Shown here: positions 50,932 to 64,000 of the stretch, in pieces
Layout of the letters: the number at the start of each line of letters is the position of its first letter
Numbering within the stretch: position 1 is the stretch's first letter
NCBI GenBank assembly: GCA_964187785.1
Contig: OZ076409.1
Coordinates: forward strand, 81,780,001 to 81,844,000
Origin: Amphiscolops sp. MND2022
Taxonomy: Eukaryota
Direction: 5' to 3'
DNA: 64,000 nt
Program-made: the position numbers and the translations under genes
Notes under the pieces: model-generated
Databases searched by the model: none
Told to the model about the DNA's origin: nothing
Seen by the model: only the letters and a program-made list of their open reading frames with translations

Positions 50932-51643
50932 GGTGTGCGTTCATTTCACCCCATATCATTTCACCCCACATTCATTTCATCCCACGTTCATTTTACCCCA
51001 CATTCATTTCACCCCACAATCATTTCACCCCACATTCATTTCACCCCATTTTCATTTCACACCATATTATAATTATACAAAAGCGTCTCGCCTTAATTAA
51101 CCAATTAGCAATTAAACTTTGATGCCTACTGTTTTTGAGTCAGCTTTGATTTGATTGTCAGTTTCTGGCCTGTAGAATTTTTTGCCGTAGAAACACCGAA
51201 TAAGAAATTTTTCGCTGAAGATTCGCAACATCCATAATTGTAAATTTTGATTGACAGAAGAAAAATGATTTTTTCAGCGCCTTGTTCAGAAGTATTACAA
51301 TTCCGATAAATGAAACTATTCGGTTCCGATTTTGTGGTTCACCTAGAAAGCATCGTTTGCTTATCTAATTGGAAATTAAATTCAAGACGCTTTTTTATTA
51401 GCGCTAAGATTGAAATTGGGTGGCTTCAGTAATTAATCTGAGACGCATTTGATAATTTAAAGGTGGGGTGAAATGAACGTGGGGTGAATTGAACCTAGGG
51501 TGAAATGAACCTGGGGTGAAATGAACCTGGGGTGAAATGAACCTGGGGTGAAATGAACCTGGGGTGAAATGAACCTGGGATGAAGTGACATGGGGTGAAA
51601 TGATATGGGGTGAAATGAACGTGGGGTGAAATGATACTAAACC
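50932..51643. mobile_element. Foldback MITE with CATTTCACCCC subterminal arrays
   Basis: GG...CC termini, inverted ~17-18-bp tandem units, 8-bp TSD AAATTATT (50924-50931, 51644-51651). Confidence 0.85.
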
Positions 51644-52506
51644 AAATTATTGTATATGTTGTCAATCAATTATTGCAATACTAATTGGAGGTTAAAGAAA
51701 TATATTTAGTTGAATTTAGTGGCAATTATTTCAAGATATAGCGCCGACTTTAGACGTTTCCGTCTTGTTCTGTCTTAACTTTGACAAACTCATTTACTCA
51801 TTTGCTTCGTTATATGAAATGATGATGTTTTAGTTGAACTTTTGGAAGAAAAGTTACGAAAATAAAGTGTAAGAGTAGAGTTCAAAGAAAACTGTCTTTC
51901 GATCACTGTTTGTCAACCTAAAAGCTTGCAATCTGGAGGAACAAATAAATGATACGGCTCATGTATTACATTATGGTGACTGCTGTTTACTATTTTGCTG
52001 TGATAAAAAGCAGAAGTGGCTGTTAAACATTTTGAAGATAATAAAATTACTTTTCAATTATTGAATTACCGTAAACATGACAAGCGCCTCAAAGATTTTG
52101 AGACTGTTGCTGAAGGCTCTATCTTAGGTGAGAAGTCAGATCAAGGCAAGTAATTACGCTAAATTTTAAACAAGCAACTCGGTTGTCAAACGCGAGTTCA
52201 AAAAGTATTGGAATTTATGGCTCGAAAAAGTTACGGATGCATGAAAAAATGAAAAATATATGACACCTGCTTGAAATCAAATCTTGCATCGCACTTCTTT
52301 CAACACATCGAATCTTTGAAAAAAGTTTTCTAAAGAAGCCAGAATTTTTCAGAACGTGTATGTGAAGTTTTTGTGCAAATTATTGTAATTGTTCCACCAG
52401 TTTCCTGTTGCTCAAGGTTGTTTTCCAATTCATATCACAACAGTGAATCTCACTACCCTTACACCGACGAGATATGAGTTAAGGCTTACTTGCTTTTAAG
52501 TCGATT

Positions 52507-52508
<2 letters not shown>

Positions 52509-52547
<39 letters not shown>

Positions 52548-52580
52548 GAAAGAAAGAGAGAGAAAGAGAGGGAGAGAGAG
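52509..52580. repeat. (GA)n microsatellite, likely the LINE 3' tail
   Basis: GA run directly downstream of the minus-strand LINE remnant. Confidence 0.8.
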
Positions 52581-55500
52581 CGTTATTTAAATTTGTTGCC
52601 CGAAGGCGTACAAATCGCAGCTGGCAAACATTCATCAAAACTGGTGCAACAATTTAAAATGTATACTACAAAAATTGACGTGTTTATCAGAAGAATTCCA
52701 TTAGACGTATTCATGAACTGTTCATATTTTTTGAAAATAGTAATTCGGCAAAAACTGTTGGTGTTTAGCGTTCACACGCCTACAGTTCAATAACAAATGA
52801 TACTCGTCCGGAGCACTAAAGGTCCCACATAGGGGACAAGTTTCAATAAGGATTTCCGTATCACCATATTAACAGTGGGTGAAGCAGCAGACGAACACCT
52901 AAAATTGGTAAGTTTCACCCTTTCAGACCCTCTAATTATTTTCAGATATCGGTCGAGTTGTAGTCGATGCTTTTGGGGGCGGTAATTTTGACAAAGTGTG
53001 TTCAATTGAAGTATCACTTGCCAATGTTGATAAACTACTTCTTCAAATTTTCGTTCAAAAAACTGTTGAACGCATAATCAGAGACGAAACATGCATACAC
53101 TTCTGCCATCGGTACCCCATATCATTCCTGTTTTCCATGATATAACAACTTTGCAGTTGTCTAACCAAAGACGACTTACACAAAAGAACGTAATATCCGA
53201 TTTGATCAGTTTTCTTCCAAAAGAGAACCTTTTTTCCAGACAGCAAACGCCATTCCATCCCTACCGAGTTCTTTATAAACCATAGCATTGTGTGAACTTT
53301 TCTTGACCTTCAAAATGCGTCGTAGAAATTTTCTGTGAAAATCTTCAGTTTGCTCCAAACTCTCATAGCCCCATAGTTCGCTTCCATACAAAAAATTGAG
53401 ATTGCGATAGCGAACAAATGTAGAACTTTCTCGACCGCAAGATCATATTTACTAAGCAATAGTTCCATTGTGGAGAGAGCTTTCATAGCCTTATCTTTGT
53501 TGTGTTTCATCGCAGACTGAAAAGTATTGTTATACCTGACGACTATTCCCAAGTGAAAAAAATACGTAAACTTTCTGGATCGACTGGTCATGAGCGGGGA
53601 TCGATCGAGTTCTTCTACCTTTACCACAAGAAAGAGTCTTACATTTGGGTTTGCCGGTATTATTGCACATATTATTTTTTCGGTAGTTATCAAAAGTTGC
53701 ACCAAGAGCATCTAGCAAGTCAGTTTCTTTCTCACCATAAAGTAGATTATCAACAGCATGCAAAAATACATAAAGCTTTGAGAACGTCTGCAAATGGGAA
53801 TCCTCGAGGGTAATACCTTGCCTTTCAGAGCTGACCTAGTTTTCAAAAACAAAAATGATAAAAAAGGATGGGAGGCTGTCACTAATACCCGCCATTCGAA
53901 AACGTCGGTAAGCGGTCCGTTAGCATCCACGCAGACTTTAGACTTTTTACCTTAGTTCCTCATCACAGACAAGACTTTACCATTATTATCATCTTACCCA
54001 AGTTTTTCCCAGAGCAAAGCATAAGCATGCTCAACACAATCGAAAGGTCTCTCATAATCAAAAAGAGTTACATTTAGACTCTATATAGTCAATATAGTCA
54101 TTAGGTAAGTCAATTTTATTGCGTGTACGAGAAAAACGTGATCAAAACGTTCTACAGTTTCCCTAAAATCTGCTTGCACCCAACCAAGGAGCTCAAGGAG
54201 CTGGCTGTTTTCCAGGGCTTGTTGAAATCAGTCAGCAATGAGAGACGTGAATACCTCACACAAACAACTAGCGAGGAAAATACCTCTGTAAATACTCGGG
54301 TTTTTCTCATCCCCCTTTTTTGAAGGGGACGCAAGATAGAAAGTGTCCAGTCGTTAGGAATAACGCCACTTCCTAAAACTTTATTGAAAATAAGTGTTGA
54401 AAGATTCACGATAGACTCGTTGGCATAAATAAGGACCTCCGTTAAAACGTCAAAACATCATCCAAACGATTTTTTTTCAGACTACACTACACTTCACTTC
54501 ATCGAGCGGAATGTCTTTTTTCAGATTGGAATTAGCAATAACTTCTCACGATAGGTTACAATCATTTTGGCTGGGGATTGATACACCGTCAAGCTTCTTG
54601 AAATGACTTAAGAGTTACTCTTTTCAATCGGTATACTTTCTTCGCTTTTGTATGTAGTTTTTCAGTGATGTCCAGGTCCAGTAGCCTTTCGGGTCATTTA
54701 CTTTCTTATTTCTAAGTACCAGATAAATTATTTCAGAAGGCTCCAAATTCGTTTTTACCAGAACGTTTTTATAGTACTGAAAAAGTGACCTTGCGATCTT
54801 CGTTGTTGGCATCTATTTTTGTTTATCTATGTGTTCTCCCGAATACTGATTGTTGCGTTCCACACTCATCGTCAAACCGTGAATTGGATTTCGCCTTTTT
54901 GTTCATTTGTATAATTCGTAGGGCATGTTTTCATTGCAGTATTTTCCATTACCTTGGCTAATCGGGAGTTGACTTCGTTTACAGTTTCCTATGTGTTTGA
55001 GCCTTCTCAAAAAACTTCTCAATTTCAGTGTCCTGTTCATAAATTACGGCTGAGCTATCAAGCTCTTTAGTAACATTGCGCCACTCACTTTTTCACTGAG
55101 TTTACCCCCCCATCTCGGAAACCTGAAGTTGATTTTGTCCTCTCCATTCTATTTTAACACAACTGCGCACTGAACATCAGAAAGACTTCCTTTAAACTTG
55201 CAAACAAAGAGGTCAAACAAGTCTAGACATGGGCTCATTTGCGTAGTCTTGCAAAGATCGAGCAAAACACGTCCATTGGTATTTATAATCTTATCACTGT
55301 TACTCCTATGGGGCATAATAATAAAATCGGCCAAGCTCAAAGACATTCATACCTAAACCACAACGTGCATTAAAATTTCCAAGAAGGATTTTGTTTCATT
55401 AACAGTTCCTAAAATTGATGATCCCCTCTTTGTCTTTTTGAAATTCTCAATGTTTTAGTATCCCCAACCCTCGTCAAGTATATAAAACAATCCAATACAG

Positions 55501-57810
55501 TGTTTTATAGCTCCCAAATGCACGTTTGTCCACAGGCCTAACCCATGTTGAGCCCTCCCTGCGAATCTGTACAGATCTGTAAAGATCCTGACGGATATTC
55601 CAGGATTCATCAAAAATAAAATCGTCGAAAAAACAGTTTTGAAATTGAAATTAGTTGTTAAAAAGTTTTACAATAGGTAAACACGTCACCTAATTGAAAT
55701 TTTGGGAAAAAAAGTTTCTGTGCGAATCTGTACAGATCTGTAAAGATCCTGACAGATATTCCAGGGTTCATCAAAAATTAAATAGTCGTAAAAACAGTTT
55801 TGAAATTGAAATTAGTAGTTAAAAAGTGCTACAAAAGGTAAACACGTCACCTAATTGAAGTTTTGGAAAAAAAAGCTTCTGTGCGAATCTGTACAGATCT
55901 GTACAGATCCTGACAGAAATTCCAGGATTTGTCCAAAAATTAATAAGACGTCAATACTGCTTTGAAAATGAAATAAGTTGATGAAAAGTGCTCTACAAAA
56001 CAAACTAACTCTACAAGGCCTACTAATTGAAGTTCTAGAAAACAGTTTTTTGTGCGAATACGTACAGAACGTTACAAAACGAGTCGCACAGACTCCACAG
56101 AAAAAATACAGATACTTTTACCGCTTTTCCATTGAAGTAACATCCAAGAAAGCCGCATCCTAGTCTGGAGAAAAAGTGTTAAACATGCGCGGGCACCGCA
56201 ACAACGTACACAACAGTAAATATCATCGCTGCCAGAGTGAACCCAAATGTCGTCAAACGCTGATGCCATGAAATGCAGTTTCAGTCAAGGGTTTTGACGA
56301 AATAAAAATTCTTTGCTGTGCTTAATTTTCAATGAATTTGTTTTCATCTTTTGATGTATTATACTCCTTGTTCGTTAACTAATTTGTTGCTGGGAGATCT
56401 TGGCAGGCTCAGCAAAAATGAAACGGAGAACCAATTTGGCTAATCTGATCATTTTTTCTGTGCAGATGGTTTTTGCAAATTTCCACATGCATTATCTAGT
56501 ACTACTTCAATGGTCTCTACTAGTTCTCTTTTTTCTCATGCAGTGCACTCACGATGTGATCTATGTCATCATTGTTTGGAACCCAAAATTAAATACTTAG
56601 TTGCAATTGAATTTGCAGAATGTTTTTCAAAACTTTTTGAGTTAACCACCAATAATGTCAAAAGACTTTTAGAATGACAGTTGTGATAAGTGAATCGCTC
56701 TTGTATTCAAACTGTTTAATCATTGTTCCTTGTTGAAAGATATTTGCCTAGTACAAAACTTTTGCCTCCTCTTTCAGCTATGGACGTTAGGTCTGCAAAC
56801 TGTCAAAGCCGAAATCCTCTATCGTTTTTGGCGGGACTCACGCAGTAAGGTCTCCTCCAAACAGGATTCACTGCATATTGAACTCTAAATGGCTGTGCGA
56901 CAATTGGTTTCCTGCAATCAGGATTCATTGCCAGAATTATTAGTGCGAAAGGTAATCCTTTTAAATTTTGTTGCAATGATCGAAAGTTTTATTTGTGATT
57001 TGACATGAAACTTTGGTATGTTTTGAAAATAAGCTGGCCCCCGACGTGCAGTTTGAAATCAAGGTTTTTGTCTCTGCTGTGCTTCAATTTCAATAATTTG
57101 ATTTTTAGTCTTTTGATGTGTTGTATTCATTGTTCCATAGTAAACTTTTTAAACTTTTAGATTTTTTAAAAGAGTTTGTTTAGGTCTCCGCCTATGATGT
57201 CAAGCGATTTATAAGTTTTTGAGTACACTGTTCTGAAGTTGCTAAGATACTTGGTAAAGTAGTTGCAAAAGCGCGAAAAATCAGTACATTGTTCCGCTAA
57301 AGGCTTTGAAGAAAAAGAATTTCCTGAAAAATCTGTACAGAAAATCCTTGAACATCCTGAAAGATCCTTGCAGATCTGCAGTTGTCCTTAGGTAGCAGTG
57401 GCACGATCTTTACAGATCCTCAAGGAAAAAAGGCTCACAGATCTGTACAGATTCTCAAGGAAAGCTCAACATGGGAATGCGGTTTTATGAAATTTGTAGA
57501 GGAATGATTTACGTACTACGAGAGCGAGTCACCTAAACCCTTTCAAAACCAGTTTTTTAACTGTAAACACTTCATGCGTGAGTCCTATTACATTCTGGGT
57601 TTCAATTACGTGCTGGATTTCCTACATGTTCAGTTTACTTTCAATACCTCGTACATTCGAGAGAACAATATTGGGCGCATAATCAAAGTTTTCGGTGTTT
57701 TCGGGTTTGATTGCTATTTGGGTTTGATTGCAGAAAAGGGTTAAAATACAACTCAACAGAAAATAACTCATGTGTAAAAAAGTAGCCTCAACTAAAACTA
57801 CCCTCATAAT
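52581..57810 (-). mobile_element. Degenerate APE-type LINE (L2/CR1-like), interrupted
   Basis: SNVRG (57650) and DKIINTNGRVLLDLC endonuclease; FNKVLGSGVIPNDW, DYERPFDCV, LGIV and YGSELWG..FLRRIL..VYKELGR RT-region motifs. Confidence 0.75.
55542..57475. mobile_element. CACTA/CMC-like non-autonomous DNA transposon
   Basis: TIRs CCCATGTTGAGC / GCTCAACATGGG, 2-bp AA duplication, subterminal ATCTGTACAGATCT motifs, ~160-bp tandem units at 55560-56070. Confidence 0.8.
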
Positions 57811-60501
57811 GGGTGGCTTGCAAACTGGGCTGCGAACTTGATAGGTACAATAATTTGTCTAAGAGATACAACACACTTACAAGAAAACGCTCCGCCACAT
57901 AAATAAAAAAAGCTCGTGATGAGACTGATGGCACTGTTTCCTTTTGGTAGTTTAACAATCGCTTTTATATATATATAAAAATTCATTTCCTGTTTGCTAA
58001 GCTCTGTATGCTACAGTAGAAAGTCCTAATATTCATATCACTCAAAATTGATTTTAATATGTTATGTAAAGTATCTCGATTTTCAAGTGTTTAGTCATGT
58101 AATTTGCTCTCGCATTTCGTCGTTTTACCGGGACAATCCTGAAATTACCATTCCATTGTGTGATTTTTTCTTATTTTTTGTGATCTTTCATCATACAATG
58201 GTGACGTCATTAGTGAAACTATTGTTGAAAACAGAACAATGTTTGAAAGCATGATACGCTTTAATTATCAGGGGAAACGCCACGAAATTATTATGGTTCA
58301 AACGGGAAATTATCTGCAGTAGTGTTTGGTATCTTGGCAGAAGTAGTTGGCTCTTCGAACTTGCCCTTGAAACAAAGCTATAGAAAGAGCTGTTTTAATC
58401 ACTTCTTCGGAGTCCTTTAAGACTCAAAATGAAAAAAATTATAACTTGAGATATGATTTTTGATAACTGATCAAAGCCGCAACTTCTAGAAACGAATTTC
58501 ATGTGCTTTCAAATTGTCTGTTGTCAGTTTTTGATCATCACTTAATGAGAAGGGTGAAATGTTGTATAAGATTTTTTTTCGGAGAGTTATGTTAATGAAC
58601 GCATTTCATCTTTCATTACTGAAAACCATAGTAGTGTAAATTTCTCTAGCCTTGAAATTTCATCAGAAAAGTTCTGGCAAAAAAATTCTTTGATTGAACG
58701 GAAAAGCATAAGAGTCAAGCTGGGTGCGTCAAGCCATAGTGCCATGGTATGTTTCCTCAGGCTTCAAACGGGGAAAAATTTTGAAACCAACTAAAAATTA
58801 GCTATTTTTGTAGCTGATATAAGCTTTTTGTAGCTTTCAAAATATATTGAATAGTTTTGATCAAGTTGTAGCTTTTTGCATGAATTTAGGCGTCCGAAAA
58901 ATGGAATTGAAAATTGAATATTTGTTTCAAGCACTATTCAAAAAAGAGTCTATTAACTTGATGCTTTGTTCTGGAAACTTTTTTTGTGGAGAGACGGCAG
59001 TTGGAGGGGATGGTCTTAAGAAAAAGAGCCACTCCACGATGTTCATATTTCATGCAAGATTCTGTGGTCTTTGAACCGTTTTTTGCTTTGTTTTCATGAT
59101 ATGCAGAAGTCTTTTGCGCATGCCTGCAAGTAATAATTTTGCAAAATGCAGGCAGATATATTGGCCTTTATCCAGGGTAGTAGATACATTATCAGCGCTA
59201 CTTTCGTTCGTTTCATCACTTTTGCGATCTGGGAAAGTTATTAAAGAGGAAAGAAAAAGAGCGACTTTATCAATTCACATCCTTGCTTCCCCTGCCGGCT
59301 AATTAAATGCCCGCGCCCATGGAATAAATCTTTTTTGATGAATTTTCTGGCAAAAGAGGTTGAACTTTCGGAATCTGTGACGCATATTTGGTTGTATGAT
59401 GATCACTTTAAGTCACCGTGTGACAACGATAGCCTTGCTATATTGCGTAATAATTGCGTCATTTGTTCTCTTACCGAATCATTTTTGTGAATTACGTTAT
59501 CACTTGGTATGAAAATCATGGGCATGATGAAATTGGCTTTCATGCATATTGCTTAACATGTAGTGAGCAGGAATCAAATTCGTTGCAAGGTGTGTGATAC
59601 TTGAACATCAGACATGACATAAATTACAATCTAGATTCAACAAGGTGGAGTCTTAGCAAGCGTTTTGACCTCAGCACACTTAATTTATGGTTCAAAGAAG
59701 CTTTCATGGCTATGTGGCAGTAACAGTGTTTTATTATCGAAAGCTAATAACAACTTCGAAATCTCGCCTAGAGCAGACGCCAAGACTGAACTCTGGTAGC
59801 TACAGAGTGCTTTTCACAAATGTTGAAATATTTGGTAATTAGAGCACTCGATTGTTGAAATGTTCGAAAGATTTCCTAAGGGTATAATAAAGACTTTTGA
59901 TAAGAAGAACTTGATATTTATAAGTCTTTGTTTGATTCAACAGCAGATCTGATCTTTCAAATCAACGCCTTCTGGCACTTTTTCGCAAGTTGCAGGTAAA
60001 GTTGCAGTTTATTTTGATGTGAATTGTTTATTATTGCTCCACTTTGACAACGTGAATTCAGATGGAGCGCCATGTAACAATGACTCAAAAGTCACCAAAT
60101 TTTGAGGAAGTTTGAACAGCGTGTTTTATCCTATTATTGAATGACTAAAATTTTACAAATTTGTATGGAAATGACTGTCCTAGACATAATTGGGATTCCC
60201 ATGGAAAACCTAACTAACTACCCGTACTGGCACTCCACTGGAAACCACCGGTGGCCGCCGGTGGAGACACTTTCGGGCTGCTAATTTTGTTTCCACCGGT
60301 GACCACCTGTGGTCCACCGGAAAACACCAGTAGAAAAAAAATCGAAAGAGTGTAAAAGAGTACTCAAATACTTAAATCACGTGACTCGGACATGCTGGAC
60401 TGCCAAAATTTTACTTCCCATAATTTTTCCGAGATACTGACAGGATTTTTGAGTTTTCTGTTAGATTTTCATGATTTATAGATAAAGTGACCTGAAATCT
60501 T

Positions 60502-60547
60502 TATCCTGTGGATGAGGATCTATATATAGATCCTAATCCACAGGATA
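60502..60547. repeat. 46-bp palindrome
   Basis: tatcctgtggatgaggatctata|tatagatcctaatccacaggata, one mismatch. Confidence 0.9.
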
Positions 60548-62655
60548 GTGAATATATTCACTGAATTCTATAGGAATAAAGACCTAGGATTAAAGCCTAA
60601 AATTGGACACTGATTGAATGCCAACATGGACTTGATACTGTTTTTTTTACCGGAATTACCGGTGGAGCATCGGTGACCACCGGTGGATTGAAATTGGTTG
60701 CCAAGCCGGGTAATTTCAATGATAATTGTACGAAATTCTGTAAACGAATTCAGTTCCATGACCAAGGGACATTAAATGGAGATGATATTCTGTAATCATT
60801 AAATTGGCAAATCAATGAAAGTAGTTATGGAATATTTCACACTGACTGTTCGAATGGCAGCAAAGTCCAAAAAAAGATAGACAAGAGGCATGTAGATACG
60901 TAATTTTCTAGCCCCCGTTCCTTTTTCATTGACACTGTGTCTTTGGTTCCGCGCTTTTGAAAACTATAAAGTTGAAAACAAGACTAGGACCAGAGCGTCT
61001 GCAGAAATGTACTGAAATTCGTACCAAAACCGAAGACTACGCATTTCAACACAAGTATCAATTTTCTTCACTGTTTGATGACAAAAAAAAATCAGAAATG
61101 ATGAGTGTATGGACCTAGGTCCGCTCCGTCTCTAACACCGAAAGCATATCTAGAGTCCTTTTGTGATTTTGCTTGACCCATCTAGCTCAACGACGATACA
61201 CTCAATCTGTACCTGTCTCAAAATCTCTTTCTCTCAAAGACAAGCTGTTACGACATATATTCGGGTCGTTTTGTGTAGAATTTATTCTGACTGATTTTGT
61301 CGGAGTGTAAAAGTTCCTAGTTTCGTTTTCCGTTTCCTCATCAAGGTTATCTCTAACATTTTCCCTCGTTTTAGGTTTGAGGAGTTCCAACATCTCCTTT
61401 TGAGACTCCACGAGGAGACTCTTAATCTCGGATGATATTTCTTCCTTCAAAGTAGCCATTAAACTCTCCAAGAGGCTATCTTCAATTCGTGGCGATTTTG
61501 GTCTAGATGGGCCCGCTACTACTACGTCCTGATCCGAGGAACAGGGAACTTCCATTAGTATCGGCGAAACAAAACCTTCACTTACGTCTCTGTCACCTTC
61601 TTGCTGAACATTCCTTTTTTTCTGGCTTCTTGTTGTTGACATTTTGCTGTAGAAAAGTTTTATCTTGAAGAATTGAATTTCTTTCAGAGAATATTTTCAA
61701 GCAGAGTTAGAGAATTAGAGTTTGACGAAATTGAGAATTCAACTGAATCACACAATTACAAAAGACTGAGTCCCTCAGTCAATTAAAATCATCCTATATA
61801 TACCCTCCTAGCACCATTTGATCACGAGCTGAAATCCTAATTTCCCTCGAACAATTAGTCATTTCCTGTATTTTCGGTGAAAAAATCATTTGTTTCCAAT
61901 TTTACGTCGACATTTCGTCAATTTTTGAGACACGATGATCTACATCTTGTATTAGTCATCAAGCATAATCATATCATTTCATCCCGGCGTCCTTTTTATT
62001 TCCTCCCAAGCAGGAAGTAGATATTACTTCAGTCTGTCAAACCGGAAATGATTCCCCGTTTTACTGCTTTGGTTCGTTAGAAATTGACGCTGAGGTGACG
62101 CTGACGTGAACAACTAATGCTTGATTTTGAATTTTAACTTGAGGAAAATGCTATGACTAATGTTTTCAGCCTTAGAATTTCTAATGATGCTAGGAAAAGT
62201 GGAAACGAAAATTATAGGACTAGCAACAATTTCTAAATGGGGCTCAATTTAGATGGTTATCAACTAATTAGAACAAGTCAACGAAGCATTAACGTTTACA
62301 TTAGAGTACTAAATTAATTTAACTGCAACACTTGGCTATTACAAAATTGTCTAAAAGGTTACGGAAATATGACGTGATAATCATAAAATTCAGAGCGTGC
62401 AAATCCTCACAATTAAACCTTCATAAAATCACGAGATTATGGGTTAGCAGCCTGACGTCGCCAATTTAGATCAACGGAGTAACACATCTAGTCACAATAA
62501 TAGTTACAAATGCTAAGGAGTTCAAACATGGTTATTGCATACAACTGAGGCAACAATGAACACAGATATATTGAGAAGATACAAATGTAGACAAAACATT
62601 AGGAAAAATATGATTAAGTTATCAAAAAATAGCTCTCTCTCTGGTTCATATTTCC

Positions 62656-63360
62656 TCAGTTAAAATAAGATTTGGGGAATCTCAAATTGCCTCCATGTCC
62701 TCTTCCGATCTTCAGTCGTCGGCAACCACAAGCCAGACCGGGAGCGGGCTGTGACAGGGCCGCTCTAGTAGGAAGATTGACGCTGCCCGGGGCTCTGAGT
62801 TGTGAGGTAATTGTTGGAGTAGTGGTGACTGGCTGTACTCTCCTCTCCAAATCGTTCAAAAGGCTTGCCTGCAAGAAATTTATCTTCCTTGGCGTTCCTG
62901 GCGGGGTGTTGAAGTAAGAAGAGGCGTCTTCTTGGTTCACCTTTTCAAGATATTCTGCCACTTTACTGCTCGTTATCGACTCTTTATCGTTTGCCGAGGT
63001 TTCAACAACAAATATGTCAGATGACAAGCTTTCATCTGGCCTCTCTGGAGAGTCGGCCATTACTACTTCTTCGGGACTTACCGATTGTGGGTCTTGACCC
63101 GATTCCACAGTTTCGAAGCTCGTGTAGTGTTCGCTGAGTTTCATTCTTTTGCATTCAGCTTCCAGGGAGTCTAGAGAAAGTTCGAGAAATTCTTCCTCAT
63201 CTGCAGTAGCTTCCGCCGACGAGTTCAGTATTTCGACAATTATTCTGGGGTATTCTTTGTTGGCCCTAGGTAACGGGGTAGAAGCCCTTGTGATCTCACC
63301 TTCCTCTTCGCTTGATGATGAGATGTCGATCAATTCGTATATATCTAGTAGATTATTCAT
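62656..63360 (-). CDS. Gypsy accessory acidic protein, homolog of 8144-8950
   Basis: Open 234-aa ORF with the same N- and C-terminal blocks. Confidence 0.75.
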   Translation of the reverse strand: MNNLLDIYELIDISSSSEEEGEITRASTPLPRANKEYPRIIVEILNSSAEATADEEEFLELSLDSLEAECKRMKLSEHYTSFETVESGQDPQSVSPEEVVMADSPERPDESLSSDIFVVETSANDKESITSSKVAEYLEKVNQEDASSYFNTPPGTPRKINFLQASLLNDLERRVQPVTTTPTITSQLRAPGSVNLPTRAALSQPAPGLACGCRRLKIGRGHGGNLRFPKSYFN

Positions 63361-63808
63361 CTTCTTTGTGAGGTTTCTTTCTTTTTGCAGTTGTCGTTCG
63401 TATTTAATTGTTCCACAATGAATTTAGGATTAAATAGGATTAGGGAGAATATTGGGATAAATCCCTCCATTCTGATTGGTTAAACAATCGTTTTAATCCT
63501 TTTTAATCCTCAGGTGTTGACGCTGTGTTAACGTCGTTTTTTATTGGCTGCAAATTGAATCAATTCCTTTAGCCAAGTTTGTCAACGTTATGCTGACGTC
63601 ATTTTCGCTAGCCTTAGCTAACTTTTGTTTTTGTCACCGTTATGATGACGTCATAATAGGTTATGGAATCGATTTCTCAACCCTAATAACCTTTTTTGCC
63701 GACGTTATGCCGACGTCAATTTCGCTGGTTCTCAACCAACTTTAGTTTTTGTCACCGTTATGATGACGTCATTTTTGAGTTTGTTTTCAGATTCTCAGCT
63801 GTTTCTCG

Positions 63809-63935
63809 ATGGACTCCCGTTCAATTGTTTCTGTTGTTGATCCTGGGGCCCAGAGTGGTCATGAGACTCAGTACGTGTTCTCGGAGGAAGAAATGCGCCA
63901 TAGTGACGCGGACAACTTCCGTTTGCGGGCAGTTG
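63809..63935 (+). CDS. First coding exon of the antisense accessory gene in copy C
   Basis: MDSRSIVSVVDPGAQSGHETQYVFSEEEMRHSDADN.. aligns with MSTSRGRIDPGAVSGNETQFAFSDGDVRDSETDN..; same phase-1 donor (GTAAGT at 63936). Confidence 0.65.
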
Positions 63936-64000
63936 GTAAGTACTTTTTATTCCCTGATCCATTAAGTTTTAGTGAATGATACTACTTTCAGATAGGCCTT

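Larger units (their letters stand above)
61246..64000 (-). mobile_element. Gypsy family copy C (LTR/accessory region; runs off the window)
   Basis: Begins TGTTACG with no PBS beside it. Gag N-terminus, promoter blocks, acidic ORF, CRE-rich spacer and antisense exon 1 are collinear with 6108-9543. Confidence 0.9.

Noticed and set aside
50940..51635. CRISPR-like short repeats
   Set aside because: Tandem units with no unique spacers, inverted at the two ends with a TSD; no cas genes; eukaryotic context.

Overview
Repeat-rich eukaryotic (animal) DNA with spliceosomal introns; nothing prokaryotic is seen. The only host gene found is the last two exons of a Cys-loop (nicotinic-receptor-like) cation channel on the minus strand (39749-40000, 34116-34966). 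From ~4.2 to 25.2 kb is a multi-layer nest: RLE-type non-LTR element > GG..CC DNA element > Copia > second GG..CC element > second Copia > Ty3/Gypsy. The most striking system is that Gypsy family, seen in three divergent copies: A 6108-19394 (-), B ~25214-30113 (+) and C 61246-64000+ (-). Its gag ATG lies inside the LTR and the ORF reads through the PBS. Between pol and the LTR terminus (possibly all within a ~7.5-kb LTR) it carries two divergently oriented accessory genes. One encodes an acidic protein with SUMO-interacting-motif-like sequences. The other is an antisense, intron-containing gene with a zinc finger and an architecture resembling a catalytically dead hAT transposase. A conserved TGACGTCA-rich spacer separates them. 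The rest of the window holds Helentron-like HINEs, foldback MITEs, a Tc1 remnant, a LINE remnant, a SINE, tandem repeats and near-perfect hairpins. All family assignments are by eye; no searches were run.
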